From positions 160,766,001 through 160,830,000 of the forward strand of contig NC_042997.1 in assembly GCF_006345805.1 (NCBI RefSeq): DNA of 64,000 nucleotides, read 5' to 3'. This DNA comes from Octopus sinensis. Its lineage: Eukaryota. Under the pieces are notes generated by a model. The model had not been told where the DNA came from and made no database searches. It saw nothing but the letters and a program-made list of their open reading frames with translations. The position numbers and the translations under genes were made by a program. Below are positions 55,100 to 64,000 of the stretch, piece after piece. Position 1 is the first letter of the stretch. Every line of letters begins with the position of its first letter.

Positions 55100-55690
55100 G
55101 AGATGCATTCATGGGTCAAACGTAGACCAGAGTAAAACGTTTGGCATCTAGAATGTTGCCAAACGCTTATTGTATTGTACCAACTGCCCAAAACCGTTAG
55201 CAGGAAAACAACTCAATATTTCTAGGGGTGGGCTGGTTGAGGTTATGAGTGATGATGGCCTAGGATTGAATCTAGGCATCGACGAGAACAGTCTGAGGGG
55301 ACCTTCGGGTCGAAGAGCATGGCAATTTCTAAAGGTCTTTGGCTTGGCAGTGCTACAGAGAGACATTATCTGTTCGAGACAAGTTCTTCAGATAAGAGGC
55401 TGTGTAGTGGACCTGTCAGAAAGATTTGAAGACAGGCACATTCCTATCTGGTCAAACCCTTATGAATTTCTTCAAATATCATTTGAAGAGGAAGGTGAGG
55501 GGAGAGAAGGGGGTGCTGCTTTCTAGTGTACTTATCAAAAGGTGGTCGACAGTGAGACTGAATGGATCTACTCTGAATATGCAGGAGGAAAGAAACTGGA
55601 AGAGGGCACTTACCCATGCCTTGGAGATAGAGTAATCCGGGATTTTTGTGTGGAGTTTACCCCGGATTACCCTAAGTGGACTGCTCCGCT
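55100..55690 (+). mobile_element. Tx1/L1-type LINE 3' fragment
   Basis: KTGTFLSGQTLMNFFKYHLKRKVRGE resembles ETNTFLSGQSLINFFKYHLKRKVRVE in the 25846-27114 element. Confidence 0.7.
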
Positions 55691-55889
55691 ATTGGGGATT
55701 TTATTTATTTATTTATTTATTTATTTATTATTTCTATACTTTCTATTATATATCTTCTGTTATATTCTTTAATGTGGTAGTATCTCCCCTTGATCGATGT
55801 CAACCCCACATGTTTTTGTAAATTTTTGTGCTCGTAATTCGTCCTTCGATAGTGTCCTCCATGTCTTGGGTCCTTGTGGCCAATAATTG

Positions 55890-55973
<84 letters not shown>

Positions 55974-56059
55974 TATCATTATCATCATCATCATCATCAT
56001 CATCATCATCTTCATCATCATCATTATCATCATCGTCATCATCATCATCTGCTTAATGG

Positions 56060-56330
56060 ATCCGTCTGAAAGGCTTGAAGACAAGCACATTCCTGTCTGG
56101 TCAAGCCCTCATCAATTTCTTCAAATATCATTTGAAGAGGAAAGTGAGGGGAGAGAAGGAGGTGCTGCCTTCTAGTGTGTTTATCAAAAGGTAGTCGACA
56201 GTTACAAGACTGGTGAGACTGAATGGATCTAGTCTGAATATGCAGGAGGGAAGAAGCTGGAAGAGGGCGCTTACCCATGCCTTGGAGATAGCAGAGTAAT
56301 CCGGGAGTTTTCTGTGGGGTTTACCCGTGA
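56060..56330 (+). mobile_element. Tx1/L1-type LINE 3' fragment, sister of 55420-55690
   Basis: Near-colinear DNA: TTTCTTCAAATATCATTTGAAGAGGAA...CTTACCCATGCCTTGGAGATAG. Confidence 0.7.
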
Positions 56331-56455
56331 TGATTTCTTGGGTCTAGGTTAGAAACCTGCTCTTCCAAGAATAGAATTCTTTCGCCGCTATTTGATGATC
56401 TATAGTAGTCTTCACATCTTAGTTGCTCATGGGAGAAATCTAGCTCAATCCCTAA

Positions 56456-56536
<81 letters not shown>

Positions 56537-56544
56537 TGTGTGTA

Positions 56545-56598
<54 letters not shown>

Positions 56599-56689
56599 CT
56601 TGTGTGTGTACATACAGAGTGCAGTGAATATACTGTTGTCTAAATTACCGAGAAATGAAAATAACACTGACATCTCATTTTAACAGATA

Positions 56690-56975
56690 TATTTACCAAA
56701 ATTACATAGAAATATTTTGAAACACTAACGAAGAAATTTATTCAATAAAATCGCCATTTGTTTCAACCACGTCTTCCAGGCAACTTCAGAATCTCCTGCA
56801 ACTCTTCTGGGCGGTCCCCTTGTTTAAGTTGGTGAATGCTGCCATAATCCTTGCTTTCAGTTCATCTTTGGTGTTACAAGGAGTTTTGTTGGTCTCTCGC
56901 TCAACTGCATACCACACAATAATCAAGGGGGTTACAGTCTGGGGAGTTAAGTGGCCAGATGTTAAGAGTGATGTA
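56690..56975 (-). mobile_element. Tc1/mariner transposase C-terminal fragment
   Basis: Minus strand gives IWPLNSPDCNPL (frameshift) VWYAVERETNKTPCNTKDELKARIMAAF..CRRF, the SPDLNP-like motif. Confidence 0.75.
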
Positions 56976-57914
56976 GTCGGAGAAATTGTGTGTGTGTGTG
57001 TGTGTGTATAAGTGTTTGTGTGTCGTATGTGTGTGTGTGTTTCCAAGGTATGATTTTAACCTGCATCCAGTAATAGGCCCTGATTCGAGAGATCCAGGAT
57101 ATAGAGGAGTGTGGAATCATCTCTTAGCCATTATTGTTCCCAGCTCTACTGTGACCCGGAGTAGTAGCTATGGGTTAACTACTATATTAGGGCTGCCCAC
57201 CTATGCATGTGAAGACTGGAACCGGCGGATTCTAAGGAAGACATTATCACGGTGCAATGGAGAAGAAGACGACTGCAGCAAAGCATTGTGAAGTGCAGAA
57301 AACAGATGAGACAAGTAAGACATCTTAGTTATCCACAGCACCCGCTTCCATTCCCAATCATCTTACCACTGGACTGAAGATTGTCTCGGAAAACAGAAAA
57401 ATGTTGAGAGTGCAAAGCTCTTCTTTACTTTAAGCAAAGTCACTCTGTAGGTCATTAATCATCAGTCATATTTAAGGATGACTGGGTGGTCCTCATCGCT
57501 CCGACGAACGACTATGTATCATACGAAAACGAGTAATCGATAATTCTCAATAACAACGAAAACTATGAAGTTTGGATTGAAAAACACTCGAAAGAAAATT
57601 TTCAGACTCCGGACAACATGTTCCCTCTGCTTGTCAAATTAAACAACAGTTTGGAATGAAAACTTCATCAGCAGCGATCGTAAAATGTTTTTAAGCATAG
57701 CCTTGGCCAAAAGTATTAGGCTATCCCAATGTTTTGGGGTTCTGCTATCCCAATGTTAATGAAACTCGTGAACATGGTAGATTATGGTATATTTCACAAT
57801 ATACATTCGTTTTAATATCTGCTTGACCCTCCTTTAGCATCAATTATTGCTTTTATACGGTTAGTCATTGAATCAACTAGTTTCTTGCAGGTGCTAGGCC
57901 CAATTTTGCTTCAT

Positions 57915-59250
57915 TCATCTCTCAACTTTTGTTACAAATGCTCTTTGTTATACTCCAGGCAATAACAGAGGAATTTAAGACTGGATGCCCCTGGGAGCTC
58001 CTTTATGCTGACGACCTTGCTCTAATTGCTGAGTCACTATCAGAACTAGAGAAGTTTCAGGTGTGGAAACAAGGATTAGAATCGAAGGGCCTTAGAGTCA
58101 ACCTAGCTAAAACCAAAGTCCTAATAAGTAGGAAGGCAGGCAAACCACAAATCCCTTCAGGTCGATGGCCCTGCTCGATCTGTAGAAAAGGCGTAGGTAG
58201 AAACTCTATAAGATGTACACAGTAAGCTATAAGAGGTGCAGCAATATCAAAGGAAGGCTAACTGGGAAGATAGTTTTTTTGTATGTAGCAGATGCTCAGC
58301 AGCAATAAACACTGAAAATGGGCAGAGAACAACTTCCGCCACATTCCAGGGAGAAAAACTAGAAGTGGTTGATAGCTTCCGTTACCTAGGGGACTTAGAC
58401 AGTAGCTGCTAGAAAGTGTAGCTGCTAGAATAAGAATATCCTGGGCAAAGTTCAGAGAGCTCTTACCTCTGCTGGTGACAAAGGGCCTCTCTCTCAGAGT
58501 AAAAGGTAGACTGTACGACGCATGTGTACGAACAGCCATGCTACATAGCAGTGAAACATGGACCGTGACTGCAGAGGACGTGCGTAAGCTCGCAAGGAAT
58601 GAAGCCAGTATGATCCGATGGATGTGTAATGTCAGTGTACATACACGACAGAGTGTAAGTACCTTGAGAGAAAAGTTGGACTTAAGAAGCATCAGATGTA
58701 GTGTGCAAGAGAGACGACTGTGCTGGTATGATCATGTGACGAGAATGGATGAGGATAGCTGTGTGAAAAAGTCCCACATCCTAGCGGTTGAGGGAGCCTG
58801 TGGAAGAGGTAGACCCAGGAAGAACTGGGATGAAGTGGTGAAGCACGACCTTCGAACATTAGGCTTTCCCGAGGCAATGACCAGTGACCGAGAATTTTGG
58901 AAACATGCTGTGCTTGAGAAGACTCGGCAAGTCAAGTGAGACCATAACCTTGTGGCCTAAGCCAGGGGTTTAACCAGCCCACTTATGCAAGTGAAATCGG
59001 AATCGAAATCAAATTCGCTGACTGGCATCCGTGCTAGTGGAGCTCTAAGGGCACCATCCGAGCGTGGTCATTGCCAGAGCGGCTAACTGGCGTTCGTGCC
59101 GGTGGCACGTAAAAAGCACCATTCAAGCGTGATCGTTACCAGCGTCGCCTTACCGGCACTTGTGCCGGTGTGCAGGTGACACGTAAAAAAAAAAAACGAT
59201 TCTTCCGCGGCAGTTGCCAGTACCGCCTGACTGGTCCCCGTGCTGCGTAT
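57915..59250 (+). mobile_element. RTE-clade LINE 3' fragment (RT motif LYADDL, C-terminus, repetitive 3'UTR)
   Basis: PWELLYADDLALIAES..GLRVNLAKTKV and KGRLYDACVRTAMLHSSETW..RGRPRKNW; stops and frameshifts present; GGCACGTAAAAA-type repeats in the 3'UTR. Confidence 0.85.
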
Positions 59251-59772
59251 ATTTGGTAATAGATATCATACTACTTTTACCTATAGATAGATGTTTAGGC
59301 ATGTATGTATGTAAGTATGAATATGTATATGGAGGTCTGTATGTGTATATGGATAAATGTATACACATATGTATGCATAGAAATCCTATCAATTTTTTTG
59401 TCATAACTTGCCTGAAGATCCAGTTTACCTACAGTTAACAAGATGATTCTACCAACATTACGTGTGTGTGTGTGTACAGTATTTATAAATGTAGGATTGT
59501 GCATGTGCTTATTGCAACGTATATTTATTAGATACCGTTGAAATGGTGGTATTGGTGACGCCGGTGGTACAGATGGCGTCTTGGGGTTTCGTTTTTGCCA
59601 CAAAGTTAACCCAGACTCTCGCACACTCACACGCACAATCATACACATACATACATACATATATACATACCAAATATACATGCATATATATGTATATATA
59701 TATATGTATATGTATATATATATGCATATGTATATATGTATATAATTCGTCGTTCAACTCCATTCTTTCATA

Positions 59773-59810
<38 letters not shown>

Positions 59811-60317
59811 TATGTATGATTTCCTGTGTGTGTATATACATATACATATATATATGAAGTTACGTATGTATAATTGTCTGTGTGTGTGTATATATATATA
59901 TATAGATGAATGGATGGATGTAAATATATGCAGGATTATATCCCCCTACCACCACCGCCACCATTAGTAATTTCCAGCAGCGAACTAATCAGTTCAACTA
60001 AGAAATTCCAAGTGATTATGGTATTTGCTTGGCTCCAACTATTTACAAATCCTTACATATAATTAGTGTTTGTCGATTTTGACTTTTATTTTCATTTTCT
60101 CGTTTGGTTTTGGCATTTTTTTTCTTTTAAATTTTATACAATTTTTAGTTTAGTCTGTGCTTTCTGTTTTTTGTTTTTACTGATATTATTTGATATGAAT
60201 TCATCTTTCTGCCTTATGATCATGCATTCAGTTGTGTGTATATATATATTATATATGTATGCACTTATATATGCATATACACATATATATATGGTATATA
60301 TATAATTTTATATATAT

Positions 60318-60363
<46 letters not shown>

Positions 60364-60392
60364 TATATATATATAGATATATTATATATATA

Positions 60393-60435
<43 letters not shown>

Positions 60436-60597
60436 CACATATTTATATTTATATACAAAATTTCTTAACCAAGTAAATACAAATATTATATATTCGCCTT
60501 GATATAGTTTTCTTTCGTCCCGACTTTACTGCTTTATTCATACTCTAAACTTTATTCATATATATTCCATCATCATCTTTGAACATATCACTTACTC

Positions 60598-60945
60598 CTT
60601 CTCTTCTTTTCTTCTTTTTCTTCTCTCTTCTTCTTTTCTTCTTTCTTCTTCTTCTTATTGCTTCTTCTTCTTCTTCTTCTTCTCTTCTTCTTCTTCTTCT
60701 TCTTCTCTTCTTCTTCTTCTTCTTCTGCTTCTTCTTCTTCTTCGCTTCTTCTGCTTCTTTGCTTCTCTTCTTTTCTTCTTCTTCTTCTTCTTCTTCTTCT
60801 TCGTCTCTTCTTCTTCTTCTTCTTCTTTGCTTCTTCTTCTTCTTCTGCTTCTTCTGCTTCTTCTGCTTCTTCTTCTTTTTCTTCTTCTTCTTCTTCTTCT
60901 TCTTCTTCTTCTTCTTCTTCTTCTTCTTCTTCTTCTTCTTCTCTC
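60598..60945. repeat. Interrupted (TTC)n polypyrimidine tract
   Basis: Direct reading. Confidence 0.95.
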
Positions 60946-61308
60946 ACTCTCTTTCCCTCTTTCTCTCTTTCCCTCTTTCTCTCTTTATTTTCTCTCTCAT
61001 TCTCACACACACACACACACACACATACATTCACTCCCCCTATCTCCCTGCCACCACACTTCTTCCTGTTTTGCATCCCTAGTTTATATTTGCATCATCG
61101 TGTGTGCATTTGTATGTATACACACACACACACACACAAACACATATGCATATATATGCACGTGTACATATATATGTGTGTGTGTGTGCATTTTATATAT
61201 CTACACACACATATATATTTACATAAATATATGTTCATTTTTATATTTACATGCATATATGTTAATATATATATTTTTATATTTACACATATATATGTTC
61301 ACACAACA

Positions 61309-61397
<89 letters not shown>

Positions 61398-62597
61398 ACA
61401 TATAACTTTATCCAACAACTTTCTACTCACCCATCCACCCTCCCTTCTAGGCATTTCCTTGAACAAATATTTTTTTTTTCCTTTACATATTTTTGTATAT
61501 ACATATATTGGATCCTTTCTTTTCGTTTCCATTTTTCTTTCGGGTTTCAGTTTGATTTACCTTTCAAACTTACCCAAACCTAATATTTAATAATTTTTCC
61601 AAAATTTTTATAAAGATAGGACAGCAATTTGAGGCTGAAGTTCCAACATATATAAGATGAAATTTTGGTATAGTGTTCTAGTGATGGCGGCGGCGGCGGT
61701 GATGGTGCTGTTGTTGGTAGTGGTGGGTGAATTATTGTATTAGACAAACAAACCTAACAAGCAGCTATATCTATCCAACAAGCCACCAGGCCATCTTATA
61801 ATCCGGTTGATGAGAAATCAAATAAACTAGCAAACAAAACACAATGTTGAACATGGATGTAAACCAATGAACTAGCATATATACATATATATACATATAT
61901 ACATATATATACATGCACACACACACATATATATATTCCTGCATGCATATACATTTTTATATTTATGTGTAAATATGCATGTATGCATGCATGTTAGTGA
62001 TAACATACTGCCTTAAAGATACCCTCTTTTAGAAGTGACATGCATCATAAACAGAATGATGTGGACTCTGGTATAAAAACTATTTAAAATGTTTTGGACA
62101 CGTGACCAAGGGTGTAAGTGGAGAAATAAATAGAGGTATGTATGTATGTGTCTATCTATCTATTTATGTATCTATGTATACATGTATGTATGTATGTATA
62201 TATGTATGTATGTATGTATGTATACATGCATTTATCTATCTATCTAGCTATCTATGCACGTATTCATGTACGTATGTATATATATATTTGTGTGTGCGTA
62301 CATATATATATATATACATGTGTATGTATGGCTGTGTGTAAACACATACACAAATACATACATGCATGCATGCATGCATAATACATACATACCACATACA
62401 TAATACATACCATACATACATACATACAGGACATTATACATTACATACATGTAAGTATATATATACATGTGTACGTGTATCGTGAGTGGCATAGATGTCT
62501 GTGTATTGTATATATATGTCTGCACACAGAATGTAATGAGAGTGATTAGCTGAGATACTTTGCTTAAGACTTCTTAAGTCTATCACTATTATACCCG

Positions 62598-62697
62598 NNN
62601 NNNNNNNNNNNNNNNNNNNNNNNNNNNNNNNNNNNNNNNNNNNNNNNNNNNNNNNNNNNNNNNNNNNNNNNNNNNNNNNNNNNNNNNNNNNNNNNNN
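62598..62697. other. Assembly gap (100 N)
   Basis: Run of N. Confidence 1.
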
Positions 62698-62821
62698 TAT
62701 ATACATTCATATGAATATTTATACATATACACATATTAATACCTTAATATATATAAGGTGGAAAAAAGAGTACTCAAATACCAGAGATAGAGTAATATGC
62801 TTTATCTTTATTTCTGTTCCA

Positions 62822-62856
62822 TTTTACGAACGGGAACGTGAAACTCTAAGTAACAG
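62822..62856 (+). ncRNA. Degenerate hammerhead remnant, same family as 63861-63898
   Basis: TTACGA-ACG-GGAA-CGT-GAAA-CTCTAAGT-A-ACAG; the CUGA part of the core is lost. Confidence 0.4.
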
Positions 62857-62997
62857 CTTTTGTTATATTTCTGCTGCTTTTATTTAAAGCATGTTCATAT
62901 ATAAAATTATATAGAACAAAATTAGATATACGATAAAACATTTACTTATAATTAAGTAAAGTACAAAATAATAAATAAATAGTATATATATATATAT

Positions 62998-63215
62998 AGG
63001 AATGGTTGTGTGGTAAGTAAGTTTCTTACTAACCCAGATAGTTCTGGGTTCAGTCCCATTGCATGGCACCTTGGTCAAATGTCCTCTACTATAACCTCTG
63101 GCCGCCCAAAAGAGACCGATAGAATAAGTACAGCGTTTACAAAGAATAAGCCTTGGGGTCGATTAAATTGGTTGTCCAATATGATCGCAGACAAATAAAT
63201 GAAACAAGTTAATAA
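62998..63215 (+). mobile_element. Long SINE family copy with internal deletion
   Basis: The GGTTGTGTGGTAAG head joins directly to AAAGAGACCGATAGAATAAGTAC. Confidence 0.7.
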
Positions 63216-63451
63216 ATAAAGGAATGTATATATATATATATACATATGTATATTTGAGTAGAAAAATGAAATATCTTTTTATGGATAATTCGTTTAACCG
63301 ATACCTGGGTAGAAAATTCACATCAGAAATAACACGGTTGAAGTTACGTGCCTAGGGCAGAGACTACGTGTTTTCGTGTGGAAATTTGTGTCTATTTTTA
63401 TAAAATTTATGAATAAATGAAAGAATGGAGTTGAACGACAAATTAACAAAT

Positions 63452-63550
63452 TTCCTTTATTTTCGACATATGTTTCGAAGGCTGCATATTCCTAATTGTG
63501 AAGGAATAAGGAGTACATTATGCCGCTTTCTCATCAGGAAAAACAAGGAA
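63452..63550 (-). ncRNA. Canonical type I hammerhead ribozyme (left arm of palindrome)
   Basis: Mirror image of 63627-63725; GUC site at 63467-63465. Confidence 0.85.
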
Positions 63551-63626
63551 TTTATGTCAACATCAAGATTCCCAAAAACTTTTAGATGACTGCTGTCACG
63601 GAGCAGAATCTTGATGTTGACATAAA

Positions 63627-63725
63627 TTCCTTGTTTTTCCTGATGAGAAAGCGGCATAGTGTACTCCTTATTCCTTCACAATTAGGAATATGCAGCCTTC
63701 GAAACATATGTCGAAAATAAAGGAA
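63627..63725 (+). ncRNA. Canonical type I hammerhead ribozyme (right arm of palindrome)
   Basis: Stem I has 11/13 pairs; CTGATGA 63640-46; stem II has 10/12 pairs closed by G-C; GAAA 63701-04; palindromic stem III ACATATGT; GUC cleavage after 63712. Confidence 0.85.
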
Positions 63726-63774
63726 ATTTGTTAATTTGTCGTTCAACTCCATTCTTTCATTTATTCATAAATTT

Positions 63775-63816
<42 letters not shown>

Positions 63817-63860
63817 ATATATATATACTTTATTTAAAGCAGCAGAAAATTCAACAATAT

Positions 63861-63898
63861 CTGTTACTCTGAGTTTCTCGTTGCCGTTCATCAGACAG
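63861..63898 (-). ncRNA. Minimal type I hammerhead motif
   Basis: ctgt-CTGATGA-ACG-GCAA-CGA-GAAA-CTC-A-GAG-TA-acag; the base pair at the foot of stem II is mutated (A.A). Confidence 0.6.
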
Positions 63899-64000
63899 TT
63901 TTTGCTAGAATGGAACCGATATATCAATTCAATCCAGACTCTTACAAACGCTACACCTTTAAAAAAAATGGACTTGTTTGATTGGCTCTTTAGAAATAAC

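Larger units (their letters stand above)
63397..63780. repeat. Palindrome with 175-bp arms (one mismatch) and a 34-nt spacer
   Basis: Base-by-base comparison of 63397-63571 with the reverse complement of 63606-63780. Confidence 0.95.

Overview
AT-rich, microsatellite-dense eukaryotic DNA with a 100-N scaffold gap at 62598-62697. The SINE families look like those of Octopus genomes (recognised from memory; no search was run). No multi-exon CDS can be assembled, and nearly all ORFs in the supplied track are microsatellite read-through. The window is probably mostly intronic or intergenic. Two candidate minus-strand exons (12545-12677, non-coding; 4959-5023, signal-peptide-like) suggest a gene running off the left edge. 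Transposon debris includes tRNA-derived SINEs; CR1/L2-, Tx1/L1-, R4/Dong-, Hero- and RTE-type LINE fragments; a Penelope-like GIY-YIG remnant with inverted ends; two Helitrons; a Tc1/mariner fragment; and hAT-like MITEs. The main unexplained signal is about a dozen type I hammerhead ribozyme (HHR) motifs found by eye. One HHR lies in a 495-nt tandem monomer present as about 2.5 copies with an internal inversion (16691-17875), resembling a non-LTR retrozyme/circular-RNA retroposon. Two canonical HHRs form a 175-bp near-perfect palindrome (63397-63780). Others sit inside long stems (9.2 kb, 19.2 kb). All folds were assigned manually and none is tested.
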